Virus genome (UHGV): UHGV-0078433
Direction: 5' to 3' (one strand)
DNA: 37,911 nt
Source of the DNA: a virus
Shown here: in pieces, positions 7,935 through 19,834 of the stretch
Layout: every line of letters starts with the position of its first letter
Numbering within the stretch: the first letter of the stretch is position 1
Translations under genes and position numbers: made by a program
Notes under the pieces: generated by a model
The model's input: only the letters and a program-made list of their open reading frames with translations
The model's database searches: none
What the model was told of the DNA's origin: nothing

Positions 7935-9322
7935 TAATCACCCCATAGTGAAGAAAAGTTACTGCTGGCTGCTGGCTGTGATACCTGTGCAGGTTGAGAT
8001 TTCTGCCGCTGAGATTTACCAACATCAACGTTATATTGTTGATTGTAATTGTTGGTGTATTCCTGAATCTCACGAATCGACTGCTGCATAGCCTCCGGGC
8101 TTGAATAGTCAACCTGCGGCATCCCCTGAAAATACATCTTCGCTTCTGCAACGGTGTTAATACCACTGGCACCCATATCCCTTGCTGCCGCCACACCCTG
8201 ATTCTGCATTCTGCCCTGAATACGTTGTGCTGAGTTATATAACTGGCGCTGCTCTTTTCCTGTTAATCGGCTGCGAACATCAGCACCAATTGCTGGATTA
8301 CCTGCACCGCCTGTCATTCCTGTCATGAAATCGAGAGCAGAAGCGTCTGCATTTGCGATCGCGTCGATATCCTTCTTCATGGCATAGTTTTGTGCTGATG
8401 CAGACGATGTTGCAGGCGCTGCGATTGAACTGGCAGGCACGCGAACCATATTCCCCTCGTTGTCGATGCCTTCGTAGAACGCATTAGCCCCAGCGCCGTG
8501 AAGTTTCCCGCCTACCGTTACAGTTCTGCCATCTGATAACTGAACTGTACGCTCATCATTCCCAGCGGTTCCTCTTGTTGACGCTCGCTGCATTGCCAAA
8601 TCCTGCCCGCGTCGCGCAGTAGAAGCAGATAAGTCCTGACCGCGCATCGTGATGTTCTGGCCTCGTGCTGTTAGCGCCTCGCCAGCCTGATTGCTGCGGA
8701 TTGTCTCTGCAAGTTTTCCGCGATCAATCTCACGACCAGCCATCTTGTCCTGAACATTGAAGTAATCAATTGGACCAAGAGCAGCCATCCCAAGGTGATC
8801 AACAAACTCACCAAATCCTGAAGGATTCTGCTGATACATCTGAGCAACGCTGTTAGGGTCAACACCGACGCGAGTCAGTTCCTTGGCGTTGTTTTGCAGC
8901 CATGATTGCATTGCTTCTGGAGACGATGACGCAAGGCGGGCGCCAGCCGCTAATGTGCCGATAGAATTACGCTGGTCTTCATCAATGAATCCCATGCCTT
9001 TACGAACGGATTCAATCTGGTCTGGATATTGAGTAGCCAACTGACGCAAAGCACCGCGATCACCAGACGCATAAGCATTAGCGTACGCCTGCTGAAATTC
9101 TTTCTGCCGCTGAGCCTGCTTTTCCTGCTGAAACACCCCCGCAATACCTGAAAGACCTTGCAAAGCAGTCAGCCCAACATTGTTAGCGCCTGAACGCTCA
9201 ATATCATTGTTCTGCCTGATAAGCTGAAGCGTATTGCCGATGTCATTTACGCTCGGAGCGTTTGAGTTGACGCCGCCGATACCAGCTAACAATCCGCCAT
9301 TTGATCCTTGCCAAGTAGCCAT
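7934..9322 (-). CDS. Ejection protein, P22 gp20-like
   Basis: 462 aa; synteny between gp7-like and gp16-like; start overlaps upstream stop. Confidence 0.75.
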   Translation of the reverse strand: MATWQGSNGGLLAGIGGVNSNAPSVNDIGNTLQLIRQNNDIERSGANNVGLTALQGLSGIAGVFQQEKQAQRQKEFQQAYANAYASGDRGALRQLATQYPDQIESVRKGMGFIDEDQRNSIGTLAAGARLASSSPEAMQSWLQNNAKELTRVGVDPNSVAQMYQQNPSGFGEFVDHLGMAALGPIDYFNVQDKMAGREIDRGKLAETIRSNQAGEALTARGQNITMRGQDLSASTARRGQDLAMQRASTRGTAGNDERTVQLSDGRTVTVGGKLHGAGANAFYEGIDNEGNMVRVPASSIAAPATSSASAQNYAMKKDIDAIANADASALDFMTGMTGGAGNPAIGADVRSRLTGKEQRQLYNSAQRIQGRMQNQGVAAARDMGASGINTVAEAKMYFQGMPQVDYSSPEAMQQSIREIQEYTNNYNQQYNVDVGKSQRQKSQPAQVSQPAASSNFSSLWGD

Positions 9323-9331
9323 GATTACCCC

Positions 9332-10027
9332 TTAAAACAACGAACCAAGCAGGCCAAGTCCGCCGCCAATTGCCGCACCTAATCCAGTGCCAAGTCCGGG
9401 AACAATAGAGCCAAGAGCAGCGCCAGTCATAGCTCCTGAAGCTCCGCCGCTAATTGCTGTCTGAAGACCTGATGGTTTATTGGCATTAGCAGCGGCAAGA
9501 GCCGCACTTTGCTGCGAAATCTGACTCATGTTGTTGGCATATGTCTGCCCGGCGTTTGCCTGACCTTGCAGTGCGCCAAGACCAATATTTGCCAGATTCT
9601 GGTAGTTGTTCATCTGACCAGACAGCCACTGCTGACCAAGCGTTGGTGCGATTGTTGCTAACTGATTACCGGTTGCAGTGGAACCCAATCCACCTGTTGC
9701 TTCCGCTGCAGCCAGACTCTGATAGCGAGCCTGACCAGCAAGATCTTTGTACTGCTGAGAGTTGTAATACTGGTTAAGTGCCTGACCTTGCCCCTGAAGA
9801 GAGGAAAGATTCTGCAATTGTGATACGTACTGCTGAGCGAGTGGCGTGAACGGAGCAAGGTTTTTCATGATCGTCTGCCACTGCTTATTCTGCAGGTCTG
9901 CGGCATACTTCTGAGCTTCTGCGGCATACTTTGCGCTTTTATCAGAGCTGCCACTTTTCCCGCCTTTTTCAGGGCACCAAGGTTCCTCGCCGAGCAGTTT
10001 TCTGCCCAGCTTAAATGCATATAACAT
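9332..10027 (-). CDS. Ejection protein, P22 gp7-like
   Basis: 231 aa with Gly-rich hydrophobic C-terminus; synteny. Confidence 0.7.
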   Translation of the reverse strand: MLYAFKLGRKLLGEEPWCPEKGGKSGSSDKSAKYAAEAQKYAADLQNKQWQTIMKNLAPFTPLAQQYVSQLQNLSSLQGQGQALNQYYNSQQYKDLAGQARYQSLAAAEATGGLGSTATGNQLATIAPTLGQQWLSGQMNNYQNLANIGLGALQGQANAGQTYANNMSQISQQSAALAAANANKPSGLQTAISGGASGAMTGAALGSIVPGLGTGLGAAIGGGLGLLGSLF

Positions 10028-10029
10028 GG

Positions 10030-10488
10030 CTATCTCCCGTGATTCAGGAAGTCGATTAGTTCTTCGCGTGTGGCGCTGTAAAAAGTCACGTCATCCACGC
10101 CTTTAAAGTATTTCTTGATGGTTCCGACACGCTTAAGGCCAATCATTGCGCAATAAATCTGCCCGTGGCGGAATTTGCGTGCGGCGAACGATGTGACGCA
10201 CTGAACGGTGGTGTTAGTCAGAATGTATCGCCAGAACGCCAGCCCGATTTCCTTGCTGAATCCACGAACCTCTGGCAGGTACATGGCGTGGCAATCGAAT
10301 GTCTGCGGCTGAATCTCCTGATAGTAAACAATGCCGCCAAACTGCCCGTGCACGTTCACCTCAAAGTAACGGCATTCAGGTTTGTAGTCGTATCCATCGC
10401 CGTTGTTGCTACCGGCGATAATGTCAGGGTGATTTCCGACTGCTTCTATCAGGTCGATGTTTCGCGTTGGTTTGAACTGAATCATCAC
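10030..10488 (-). CDS. Virion assembly protein, P22 gp14-like (by position)
   Basis: 152-aa ORF between needle and gp7-like genes. Confidence 0.55.
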   Translation of the reverse strand: MMIQFKPTRNIDLIEAVGNHPDIIAGSNNGDGYDYKPECRYFEVNVHGQFGGIVYYQEIQPQTFDCHAMYLPEVRGFSKEIGLAFWRYILTNTTVQCVTSFAARKFRHGQIYCAMIGLKRVGTIKKYFKGVDDVTFYSATREELIDFLNHGR

Positions 10489-11438
10489 TGCTCCGCGATT
10501 ATCTTGATGGTTGTGGCAGTAAACGCCGCTCCATTCGACTGAATGGTTAACGTGCTGCCATTTGTGGCAAGAAAGCCGTCTTTATCCACGCTGAAGAACG
10601 TAGCTAGCAGGATGTTGTCGGTTGTTGTCACCGCATTACGACTGCTAACCAACGTGTCAGGAACAGAACCGGAAAAGGTTAGCTGCATTGACCTGTTGGC
10701 TGTTCCGCTGGGCCACGTCCCGACGATCGACAGCTTGAAGAACAAGGTTTTGTTCTCGTTGAACACAACCATCTTGTTGTTAACGGTGTCGAAGAATGGT
10801 GCCAACGTGCCGGATGACGGCGTGATCGTTTTCAGTAGGCTAACAAGGTTGGTAGGCGCTGTCGGGATGGTTACTGATACGCCAGAGTAAACAACCTCTG
10901 ACTTCTTGCGAGTAGTGGCATACTCAAGCGCAGATATTCTTGTAGAGTGATCACCAACTGTGCTTTGTAGCGTTGAAATACTTCCCTCTGCCGCTGTGAG
11001 CCTGGTATCAAGTGCGTCGATATCGGTTTTATTCTGAGTTATTCGCGCATCATGGTTTGCTAACTCAGATTCATTGGCAGCAATTCGCGTCTCGTGATCA
11101 GCCAGCTCTGTTTCAGCAGCCGTAATCCTTGTTTCATGATCTGCAAGAGTGCTTTCCGCTGCTGCAATTCTATGTTCATGATTGACGAGAGTTTCTTCAG
11201 CAGCAGCAATTCTGGATTCATGGTCTTCAAGGGTGACATCCTGCTCATCATTCTTCACCTGTGCATCATAAGCCCCCTTCCCTGCTTCGTTGGCCTTGTT
11301 CGCCACGTTACCAACATCAGTGCCCTGTGCAATAACGTACAGCAGATATGACTGCGAGAAGATATTGCGTGGAAGGATTGATGTATCGAGCCACGTCGCC
11401 TGCACAATAACAGGGGTGTTGAGATTCGAATCAGCCAT
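10485..11438 (-). CDS. Tail needle, P22 gp26-like, coiled-coil repeats plus C-terminal knob
   Basis: 317 aa; tandem ~11-residue repeats ([11 protein letters not shown]) typical of a trimeric coiled-coil needle; synteny. Confidence 0.8.
   Translation of the reverse strand: MADSNLNTPVIVQATWLDTSILPRNIFSQSYLLYVIAQGTDVGNVANKANEAGKGAYDAQVKNDEQDVTLEDHESRIAAAEETLVNHEHRIAAAESTLADHETRITAAETELADHETRIAANESELANHDARITQNKTDIDALDTRLTAAEGSISTLQSTVGDHSTRISALEYATTRKKSEVVYSGVSVTIPTAPTNLVSLLKTITPSSGTLAPFFDTVNNKMVVFNENKTLFFKLSIVGTWPSGTANRSMQLTFSGSVPDTLVSSRNAVTTTDNILLATFFSVDKDGFLATNGSTLTIQSNGAAFTATTIKIIAEQ
10923..11237 (-). repeat. In-frame tandem repeats (~33 nt unit) encoding the needle coiled coil
   Basis: Periodic repeat visible in DNA and protein (residues ~68-172). 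Confidence 0.6.
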
Positions 11439-12856
11439 TACTCAATCCTTATCTGGCAGCCAGACAGAGTGACAGGTGACTTCGTGATAACGCGCAATTT
11501 GAAGCCAATGTTTTTCCTGATGCGCCCTACTTTCTTCCACAAAACGCGTTTGTCGTAAACGAACGGTTCATTCTGCTCAATCATCTGCTCACGCCCGTAA
11601 TTGATGCCGTCAGTGGTTGCAGAAAGGAACAAGCGGTCGGCGTACTGCGCAACACCAGTTGAAGATTCAACCTCAAGGTCGAACACTCTTGCGTTATCCG
11701 CTTTGAACAGCGGAGTAAACAGCAGATGTTCCTGTTGCTTGTCGTACTGGCTGCTGATGTCGAATTGCAATTTCCCGGTCACGGACTCCAGTTTATCGCC
11801 GCACGTTATCTGATTGCCTTCGTAAATGAAGTCGATAGCGCGGTACACATCGTCATACAGACCTGTTTTCAGCACACACCATTGCGGACCATTGGCGCTT
11901 GAAGATGCGTCGTACACGAGAACATGGCGCGGAAGGTGGATAATCAGCAACTCATGAGCATCAAATCGCAGCGATTCCATCACACCATCAGCCAGTTCAT
12001 CAGCAGTGTAGGAGCGGAGGATTTTCTCAATGCTCGCGCTGGCGATTGGTGACACCTGACCGGAGCCGATGATGTATACAGACGGCGCACCCGTTGCCGG
12101 ATTACTGATGAACGCATACGAATCAGCAAACGGCGTTTTGCAGTAAGTCCCGGCGATGCCTTTTTGCACCATCAGTGATGGCTGTGCGACATACAAAGCA
12201 GCACCAACGGTGGTTGCGCCAGTCAGGGAGAAATATTCAATAGTCGATGAACCAAAGCAGACGATGAAGTCTCGCCATGTCCCGATACCGATGATGCCGT
12301 CCGGCTGAGACTCGGCACGATATTGTGCGCTGTAACGGTCAGGATGCGATTCGTCTTCAAGGTCAGTGATAAACCATGAATCAGTGCCGTCTTTTGACCA
12401 CGCATAACGCCCACGTAAACGCGTAATGTCGCGAACCGAACCTAACTCATACTGAGTGAATCCGCTGTCTGTAGGCCAGTTTGAGACTGTTTTAACCGTG
12501 CCATCATAGCGATACTCGACCAGTTGACCATTAACGCCTACCGCCTGAGATGTTCGACCATGCGCCATTGATACGCGACCACTTCCGGCAACATCACCGA
12601 CCTCGCTTTCTCCCTTATACAACTTGCCACCACACACGCGATAAACAGCATTCTGCGCCATGTTGTACTCGACACCGCGCGATACACCATTCACATCAGA
12701 ACGTTTGGCAATGCCCGGGAATGAGCGAAGATATCCGCTGCTGTTGAGTATTTCTTTGGGTGTAGCCAACATATTCACTGGCAGATAGTCGATATAGTCG
12801 GCGTTTCGAAAGTCTTTGCCGACACCTTTCATAAGCGGAAGTTGCTGAATCGGCAT
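11438..12856 (-). CDS. Tail hub protein, P22 gp10-like
   Basis: 472 aa, same length as I recall for P22 gp10; synteny 4-10-26. Confidence 0.8.
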   Translation of the reverse strand: MPIQQLPLMKGVGKDFRNADYIDYLPVNMLATPKEILNSSGYLRSFPGIAKRSDVNGVSRGVEYNMAQNAVYRVCGGKLYKGESEVGDVAGSGRVSMAHGRTSQAVGVNGQLVEYRYDGTVKTVSNWPTDSGFTQYELGSVRDITRLRGRYAWSKDGTDSWFITDLEDESHPDRYSAQYRAESQPDGIIGIGTWRDFIVCFGSSTIEYFSLTGATTVGAALYVAQPSLMVQKGIAGTYCKTPFADSYAFISNPATGAPSVYIIGSGQVSPIASASIEKILRSYTADELADGVMESLRFDAHELLIIHLPRHVLVYDASSSANGPQWCVLKTGLYDDVYRAIDFIYEGNQITCGDKLESVTGKLQFDISSQYDKQQEHLLFTPLFKADNARVFDLEVESSTGVAQYADRLFLSATTDGINYGREQMIEQNEPFVYDKRVLWKKVGRIRKNIGFKLRVITKSPVTLSGCQIRIE

Positions 12857-12865
12857 TTATTCACC

Positions 12866-13327
12866 TCACGTACTCGGATCATCTTTCTCGATGTAAAACC
12901 GATTCCACGTAAACGCGCTTTTGTTACCACTACCGCGAGGCATGTCATTTCGCCGCTCAAGTGGTGGTATTTTGGTTAAAGCGATACAGATTGTCTGATA
13001 TGCACTGTCAGCAGCGGTAAGGAGAGCGTCTGACGGCTGAATGACGTTATCCATGCACACTTGCACAGCGAGTTTCAAAGCGACGCCATCATTTGCCCAT
13101 GCAGGGATACCTGAATCATCGTCAGGTAACGGCATGATGCCGTTTTCTGTATCAGCAAACTGATATCCAAGCTCGATACCTTTAGCCTGCCATGCTGCCA
13201 TCATGTCTTCGAGGTCATTAATGGCATCTTCAATTGCCTGAGGGTCAGCATCTGTCAACGTGGCATTGGAATACAGCCCGGCTTTTCGTAAAGCCTTAAG
13301 AACGAGATCACCCTTCGTTTTCGCCAT
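12866..13327 (-). CDS. Head-to-tail adaptor, P22 gp4-like
   Basis: 153 aa; synteny after coat. Confidence 0.7.
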   Translation of the reverse strand: MAKTKGDLVLKALRKAGLYSNATLTDADPQAIEDAINDLEDMMAAWQAKGIELGYQFADTENGIMPLPDDDSGIPAWANDGVALKLAVQVCMDNVIQPSDALLTAADSAYQTICIALTKIPPLERRNDMPRGSGNKSAFTWNRFYIEKDDPST

Positions 13328-13535
13328 CTTCTTCCGCCTTAGCCACTTTATGCTTCGTTGCGGTTTCTTCAGGAGTTTTTACCCAGCCTTTTTTCAGGTG
13401 AGATTTAACTTCTTCGTCATCAACAATGATGTAATCGACAGCAAACTGACCACAGGTGATCATGTTGCCAGGCTTATAGAGCATTGTTCGTGCCATTGTC
13501 TTCTCCCAATAAAAATGGGGCCGAAGCCCCACCAA
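13308..13535 (-). CDS. Small hypothetical protein between coat and adaptor (start uncertain, possibly internal MARTMLYKPG)
   Basis: ORF track only. Confidence 0.35.
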   Translation of the reverse strand: MVGLRPHFYWEKTMARTMLYKPGNMITCGQFAVDYIIVDDEEVKSHLKKGWVKTPEETATKHKVAKAEEDGENEG

Positions 13536-13537
13536 AA

Positions 13538-14791
13538 TTACTGCCCGGCAATAACGATGCCCGTATATTCAGGAACAAGTACAGAGCAACCGTACAGAGT
13601 GGTGAAACGAGCAGTGGTTACACCTTTGATGTGGTCGAAGGCGTAAGACATGATCAGCGTAGCGCCCTGCTCGGTGGTTGCTGTCATTACCTGTGGACCC
13701 TGACCAGTCGGGAACGCCAGTTTGCCGTACATCAGCTCAACAGAACCATCAGCCCAGAACAGGTTAGCAGGTGCTGCGTTCTTGTTGAGAATGGTGATTG
13801 CTGCTGATGCTGCCGGCTTGGCATCGACGTTTGCATATGGACGACTCGCAACATCGGCATTTTCAACAGGGAGAATCTTTGGAGAGATTGTTACGGTAGT
13901 TCCGCTAACAGCCAGAACACGGAATACCTGCGGTTGCCCGGTGGTATCTTTTGTGATCTGGTGTACGGAATTCACACCGGCAATGGTGAACGCATCACCA
14001 ACCTGCAAGCCAGATGCAGATACCGTAATAGTCCCCTGTCGGTTATCAACTGGCATACCATTTGAATCTTTCGCTTCAACCTTGTGTTCAGGTTGGCCTG
14101 ATACTGTCAAGGATTCAGCGCTTCCTTTCGGTAATCGACCAGAAATATCGGTCTTGTAGCTATCAAAGGAAGCAACCGGAGGGATCTGCGCTTTTTCGTA
14201 TGCTGTCAGGGTTGCGCCCTGAGCATAGGCACGGTGACCAAGCTCGCCTGCAAGATCTTTGTAGTTGAAGGGGTTCCAGAAAGAGCGACGGTTGATGCCC
14301 TGAGGTACACCAATCGCCGTCATGGTGGCATCAATGCCTGCCGCACAGTTCCACAAATCACGGCCCTGTGTACCTGTGGTTGAGTCAGCCATCGTGATCA
14401 CGTTAGTAGCACGCTGCGTGACCATGGAAATCAGGTCAGAGTCAATCTGTGCAGCAAGGCGCATACCTGCGGCGCGACCAGCTTCAGTTTTATGTTCCGG
14501 GTCACGCATTTCACGCGCATCCAGAGTGTACAGAATGTTTTTCGGCTCCTTGAACACAGAAGGAACAAGGCGCTGAACCAGTGCTGTTGGCGTTTTGCTG
14601 CTGAGGTCGAGGCCTTCCTCAATATTCATGTGGTAATGCTGCGGACGATACAGAACATCACCTGCTCGCTGCATTGCTGTATCACCGGGACGGAATTTTT
14701 TAGCGTTACGGGAAACTACGCAGGCGGCCTCAAAGCCTTCAACGTAGTTTTCGAACATGATTTCAAGGTCTTTTGCTAATTGGTTAGCCAT
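13538..14791 (-). CDS. Major capsid (coat) protein, P22 gp5-like
   Basis: 417 aa directly after scaffold gene; synteny. Confidence 0.85.
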   Translation of the reverse strand: MANQLAKDLEIMFENYVEGFEAACVVSRNAKKFRPGDTAMQRAGDVLYRPQHYHMNIEEGLDLSSKTPTALVQRLVPSVFKEPKNILYTLDAREMRDPEHKTEAGRAAGMRLAAQIDSDLISMVTQRATNVITMADSTTGTQGRDLWNCAAGIDATMTAIGVPQGINRRSFWNPFNYKDLAGELGHRAYAQGATLTAYEKAQIPPVASFDSYKTDISGRLPKGSAESLTVSGQPEHKVEAKDSNGMPVDNRQGTITVSASGLQVGDAFTIAGVNSVHQITKDTTGQPQVFRVLAVSGTTVTISPKILPVENADVASRPYANVDAKPAASAAITILNKNAAPANLFWADGSVELMYGKLAFPTGQGPQVMTATTEQGATLIMSYAFDHIKGVTTARFTTLYGCSVLVPEYTGIVIAGQ

Positions 14792-14809
14792 GCTTAATGC
14801 TCCGATAGG

Positions 14810-15703
14810 TTATTTTTTTGCCTTTTTAGCGGCGAAATACGGCGTCCAGTCACCAGTTTCCAGCGCCTTGGCTTTCAGTTTGTCGAGGTTATTGATTACT
14901 GCGCCGTTGCTCCCCTTAACTGTCGGGGTTGTGGCTGCCGTGTTTTTTGCTTTTGGCATGATTCTGGCCTTCGATTCGATACGTTCCAGCAGACGACCAA
15001 TTGCTACGGGGTTGGTAGCTTCTGCCAGTTGCTTGCGCAGTTCAGCGTTGCGACCGAGTGCCAGAACAACGATTTCCGGCTTCTCTGACTCAAACAGGAT
15101 CGCGTTTTGTGTCTCGATGGGGATTTCCTCGAGTACGGCCTGCTCAGCTTCCTGATAGCCAGGAACTTTGAGAGCCTTAACACGTTGCTGATATTTGGAT
15201 AATCGCTCTTGATAGGCAGCCTGAAGCTCCTGCTCCTTCTGCTTGCGAGCCATCTCCTGTTGCTGGTACTTGCCGTTATCCTCTGCCCACTTAGCCATGC
15301 GTTGCTGATAGATTTCTTCATCGAAACCGATGTCCTCATCATCCAGTTTTGGCATTCGCGGTGGTTGAGTGATTACCGGCTGCTGCTCGACGGGTTTCTG
15401 AGACTGACGCATCAGCTCTTTCAGCTCGCGGTCTTTCTCTTTAATCGTCTTGCGCAGGTGTTTTACCAGTCCATGCTCTGCGCCATCTTCGCTGGTTGGC
15501 GAATCCAGCTTTTCGTCACCAAAGTAGAATTCCTGTTCTGATTCGTCGCCATCAGTTTCAGTAGCTTCCTCTGCATCATTGCCGGAGGACTCACTGCCAT
15601 CTTCTGTTTCGACTTCTTCAGCCAGTTCGACATCATCAGGAATCTGCTCTGACGCGTCGGTTTCGATTTCAACTTCTGGTGTGTTTTCTGCCATCTGGTC
15701 CAT
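14810..15703 (-). CDS. Scaffolding protein, P22 gp8-like
   Basis: 297 aa, acidic N-terminus, charged helical; synteny. Confidence 0.8.
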   Translation of the reverse strand: MDQMAENTPEVEIETDASEQIPDDVELAEEVETEDGSESSGNDAEEATETDGDESEQEFYFGDEKLDSPTSEDGAEHGLVKHLRKTIKEKDRELKELMRQSQKPVEQQPVITQPPRMPKLDDEDIGFDEEIYQQRMAKWAEDNGKYQQQEMARKQKEQELQAAYQERLSKYQQRVKALKVPGYQEAEQAVLEEIPIETQNAILFESEKPEIVVLALGRNAELRKQLAEATNPVAIGRLLERIESKARIMPKAKNTAATTPTVKGSNGAVINNLDKLKAKALETGDWTPYFAAKKAKK

Positions 15704-15793
15704 TTGTTACCCCTGTTTACTCGATGTTCAGCCCATCGGAAGGCAATAGGGTGCCAGGCCTCATAAAGACAGCCATTGCACGTTATGGGTTAA

Positions 15794-17992
15794 TTACTGC
15801 TGTGGTTGTTGCTGAGTTGATTTTTGCAGGATGCTGCTGATGCCCATGCGCTGCGCATGGCCCTGCGCCTGACTCTTCAGGACAAGCTCTGCATCAGCAC
15901 GGGCATTATCTCCTTGCTGTTGCTGGAACTGTCCGAGCAGTTTCAGCGCCTCACGGATATCAGATTTTTGCTGGCTATCGGCAGATGCGAGGATTTTCAC
16001 AACATTTGCCGCTGCAACCTGAGCATCAGTCTGTGCCTGGAATGCTTTAACCTGAATGGCTGCCTGTTCGTTCTGCGCTTTCTGCAATTCAGCCTGACCA
16101 GCAAGAAGCTGACCTTGCGCTGCAACCATAGCCGGATCTGGCTGACTGGCCTGTTGTTGTTTCGCCTGCTCAACCATTTGCTGTTCTTCAGGCGTTCTCG
16201 GCTTGATAACGCCAGACAGAAGCAACTGATTGCGGTTGTATTCTTTAAGGTCGCCCATCCCTTCGCCGTCCATATTGTCGAGAATCATCGACGATACAAG
16301 GTCGTGCTTCGGCGTCCCTGGCGGGATAAGTGCCAGCATGGAAAGTAACGACTTAACCGTTGCATCACGGCGAGTAGCGAACGACTGACCGACATCGACA
16401 GTCACTTCGTAGTTACCCTGCGAAAGGTCGTTAAGCGCGATAACCTGCCCTGTCTGACGGTCAACCACTTCACCAGTCATCAGCGCCACGTCATCGCTGC
16501 CGTCCTCATTAACGATACGCATCGGCGTATCGCTGCCATAGACTTCACGCGCCATAGAAAGCCACACAACGCCAGCGCGACGCATGGATTTAGCCATGTT
16601 GTCCATGTAGATATAGGACTGCGTATCCATCCGGTTAAAGATGCTATCAACGGTATCGGTGGCGACGTTGCTCGGCATGTTCTCAAGCTGCGACGCACCT
16701 GTAATTTGCTGAATAGCCGTTCCGGTGTACTGCAATAGCCCGGCAAGAGCTGGAGGCATTTGTGTCGGAGGTGTATAACTGCTGACCTGAGCCTGCGCAG
16801 TAATATCTCCGTTTTTGTTTTTCAGACTGACCATCGGCAGGAACGCCGGGCGCTTTTTGTTGCGCTCCGCCCAATGAGTGGCAAGAGGACCAGGAATCAT
16901 GTCAACATCAACTACAGGAATGCCATCACCGCCAGCCTGAGTGGCGTTATCTGCAATCATGGAAACCATCAGGTTCTCAAGACGCTGTGCATCCATCGCT
17001 TTTGCTGCGTGGCCTTCGATTCGCTCCTGATTATCAACAAATGAGCGACGCCCATATACCGGGATGAGAGGAATATGTTCGCCCGGAATACGCTTCGGTT
17101 CTTCCAGCCATTCAGCGCCAGACAGAAGACCGCAATAAACTCGGCGCTTCTTCACCGTTCGCTCGCCAATCAGTTCGAATGCACCATCGGTCAGCTCGTC
17201 GACAATATCTTTGATTTGCTCTTCATCATAGATTGCCGTTTCTCCGCTGACAGGGTTACGCCATGCTGTGAGCTTCACCTTCTCTATGCGGACTTCGTAG
17301 TAACGTCCAACATAGATGGCATCTGGCGTTGACCAGTCATACTGAGTACCAGTGTCATCACGAGAAAGGCTTGCCGCGATGGAATCAGGGTATTCAGCCT
17401 CGAACGCTTTAGGCGTCATGGAGAACATTTCCATAGCCCACATAGCATCAGAGCGGTCATATTGCTTGCTGTCCTGATCGAAGAAGACGCATGTCGCCGG
17501 GTCGTAAACAGGAAGAAGGCTGATGCGCCGCTGCTCATTACTAGGATCCATTTCATCTTCGTAATCGGCACACATGCGGAAACAACCGAATCCGCCCGTT
17601 ACGGCATCATCAAATGCGTTATCACACGCTTCGCCACCGGATGTTTCCTGATAGTCAGCGCGGAATTTGCCGTTCATCTTTTCGGCTAACGCTTCCGATG
17701 CCTTATCGTCCTTCGGCCTGAATTTAACGCTTATGCGATTCTGTCGATACTCGCCAATGATGCGATCACATTCACGGGCAATCTTATTCAGTTCAAAGCG
17801 CGGATAATGCTCAAACCTGCCTTCATCAAATGAGTAACCAGCGTTTGTGCTGCCTTCCCACTGTGCGCCGGATACCCGGACGAAACGTTGAGCCTCAATA
17901 ATCTGCTCACGCATATCCTGCGTTGCTGACCAGGCATTATCAAAGTTGCACAGCACCTTGCGATGCCAGTCAGTCATCTTTTTTTCTGCCAT
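15794..17992 (-). CDS. Portal protein, P22 gp1-like
   Basis: 732 aa between terminase and scaffold; Gln-rich C-terminal barrel-like tail. Confidence 0.9.
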   Translation of the reverse strand: MAEKKMTDWHRKVLCNFDNAWSATQDMREQIIEAQRFVRVSGAQWEGSTNAGYSFDEGRFEHYPRFELNKIARECDRIIGEYRQNRISVKFRPKDDKASEALAEKMNGKFRADYQETSGGEACDNAFDDAVTGGFGCFRMCADYEDEMDPSNEQRRISLLPVYDPATCVFFDQDSKQYDRSDAMWAMEMFSMTPKAFEAEYPDSIAASLSRDDTGTQYDWSTPDAIYVGRYYEVRIEKVKLTAWRNPVSGETAIYDEEQIKDIVDELTDGAFELIGERTVKKRRVYCGLLSGAEWLEEPKRIPGEHIPLIPVYGRRSFVDNQERIEGHAAKAMDAQRLENLMVSMIADNATQAGGDGIPVVDVDMIPGPLATHWAERNKKRPAFLPMVSLKNKNGDITAQAQVSSYTPPTQMPPALAGLLQYTGTAIQQITGASQLENMPSNVATDTVDSIFNRMDTQSYIYMDNMAKSMRRAGVVWLSMAREVYGSDTPMRIVNEDGSDDVALMTGEVVDRQTGQVIALNDLSQGNYEVTVDVGQSFATRRDATVKSLLSMLALIPPGTPKHDLVSSMILDNMDGEGMGDLKEYNRNQLLLSGVIKPRTPEEQQMVEQAKQQQASQPDPAMVAAQGQLLAGQAELQKAQNEQAAIQVKAFQAQTDAQVAAANVVKILASADSQQKSDIREALKLLGQFQQQQGDNARADAELVLKSQAQGHAQRMGISSILQKSTQQQPQQ

Positions 17993-17993
17993 A

Positions 17994-19409
17994 TCAACCT
18001 ACACCACAAGGAATTGAGTAACTGGAATAGTCGGGTTGCGCAGCCGACTCCGGGCAATGCATACACATCATCAGCGCATCAGCCAGGTTAGGAGATGGGA
18101 TACCGAGCTTCTGCTTCATTTCGACCTTAGTCATAAGCTCCAGCTTCCCGTTATTATTGAATTTGCGCTGAATCTGCGTCAGTTCTGCAAACAGCTTCTC
18201 CAGCATCTTCTCGCCTATCACTTCTTTGTCGAAACTCAGCATGTCGTCGGGGTCTGCATACTCACCGTGGACAACCGCCCGATATGTCAGATAAAGCCTG
18301 TCAGCCAGCGCGTAATAGAATTGCGCTCGCTTATTGCGGAACACATCACCAATAGTGCGAACGTTGTCACCCTGTACGACTTCATCAGCCCATGCCCCGG
18401 CCTGATAAGGCGCATCCTCATCGAATGGCGATTCGCTGCCCTTGAACATCGTGGCGGTGATTTTCTTACCGGAGAACGCTTCCGTTGTCTGTCTGCGTAG
18501 ACCTGCACCAACACCATCACCATCCCACAAGTAGTGGTCAGCGCCGTCTTCAATCGCCAGAGAAGTAGCCCAGTCAGCGCCCTCGTTGATGTCCATCAGC
18601 AGGCCTTCGGCAATGCGCTTAACTACCGAACCGTGACGCGATGCGTAACCTTTAGCATCTGGCCCTGTGTCTGATGGGTCATGCGCAGAAACAACCGCGC
18701 CTTTCGCTTTCCATCCGAGTTTCTTGTGCGCATCGGTAGCAGCTTCAAGCCATTCACGTTTGATGATTGCCATATCACTTGCGCTCACTGGCTCACCAAG
18801 CCAGATGTGACGATACAGTGTCGGGTTTCTGCGTTTACGCTCTTCCATCTCCAGCCGGAGAACTTCAGGAAAGTGCGGGTTGTCGGTGTAGTTCACCGTC
18901 AGCAGGCAAATATCATCGGGAGGATTTACGACGAACCGCTGATAGGTATCGTCGAGTATGTTCTTCGGGTTAAAGCTCACCCATATTTCAGAGAACGGCT
19001 TACGGATGGTTGGTATCAGGATATCCCATGATTCCTTCGTTACCGCTTCCGCTTCTTCCACCCAGCAGATATCAATGCCTTCGAGCGATTTAATCTTCGT
19101 CGGGTTGTTTTTTATGCCGTAGAACATGAATTCAGCATTCGTTCCGAGATGACGAATCATGGAACGCTGAATTTCAAACTCAGCCGAATACCCTTCACGC
19201 TCGATGGTATCTTCAAGCAACCGGATTACCGAATCGCTGATACTGTTTTGCAGTTCACGAGCGCAGAGAATACGCACAGGCTGCCGACGCGCCGCTTCAA
19301 CAAGCAGCCTCGCAATTGCCCATGACTTACCGCTACCTCGACCGCCTTTGGCGACTTTGTAGCGATGCGCCTCAATGAACGGTTCAAAGATAGGATTAAT
19401 CGAGGTCAT
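17994..19409 (-). CDS. Terminase large subunit
   Basis: Walker A GGRGSGKS near N-terminus; 471 aa; overlaps small-subunit stop. Confidence 0.9.
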   Translation of the reverse strand: MTSINPIFEPFIEAHRYKVAKGGRGSGKSWAIARLLVEAARRQPVRILCARELQNSISDSVIRLLEDTIEREGYSAEFEIQRSMIRHLGTNAEFMFYGIKNNPTKIKSLEGIDICWVEEAEAVTKESWDILIPTIRKPFSEIWVSFNPKNILDDTYQRFVVNPPDDICLLTVNYTDNPHFPEVLRLEMEERKRRNPTLYRHIWLGEPVSASDMAIIKREWLEAATDAHKKLGWKAKGAVVSAHDPSDTGPDAKGYASRHGSVVKRIAEGLLMDINEGADWATSLAIEDGADHYLWDGDGVGAGLRRQTTEAFSGKKITATMFKGSESPFDEDAPYQAGAWADEVVQGDNVRTIGDVFRNKRAQFYYALADRLYLTYRAVVHGEYADPDDMLSFDKEVIGEKMLEKLFAELTQIQRKFNNNGKLELMTKVEMKQKLGIPSPNLADALMMCMHCPESAAQPDYSSYSIPCGVG

Positions 19410-19834
19410 TTTCCGAATAGAGTACTCATCGGTGATGTTTCAATCTGGATTGCGCCGCCGTCCTTACCGACAAGCTCGTTAGTTACCTTGTCGCCATACT
19501 TACGGGGATTCATTCGGGCCAGCGCCCATTTGCGGGTATCAACGCGAAGTCTTGCCTTTGCCACCTCAGCAGCATCTGGAATCGCATTGTCAGCAATTTC
19601 GAATATCTCTTCGAAAATAGAATCAGCTCGTGCCTCAGTTGCCTTCGCGTACTTGTCGCGAAAATCCTCATGCTTTGCCAACCAGCGGAAAACAGTGGAC
19701 TTATCCGGCATACCAGGACGCTTACATACTTTCAGCAGACTTTCGCCAGAAGAAAGCAACGAGCAGATATCGTCAGCCACCTCCGGCATATAATCAGAGG
19801 GGCGACCAGCTTTTGGTTCAGTCGCCATATTCAT
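19406..19834 (-). CDS. Terminase small subunit (Sf6-type)
   Basis: 142 aa immediately upstream of large subunit with 4-nt overlap. Confidence 0.75.
   Translation of the reverse strand: MNMATEPKAGRPSDYMPEVADDICSLLSSGESLLKVCKRPGMPDKSTVFRWLAKHEDFRDKYAKATEARADSIFEEIFEIADNAIPDAAEVAKARLRVDTRKWALARMNPRKYGDKVTNELVGKDGGAIQIETSPMSTLFGK

Noticed and set aside
15004-16348. Embedded or antisense ORFs within scaffold and portal genes (15004-15342, 15209-15541, 15824-16348)
   Set aside because: Lie inside well-supported structural genes; typical of GC-rich antisense frames
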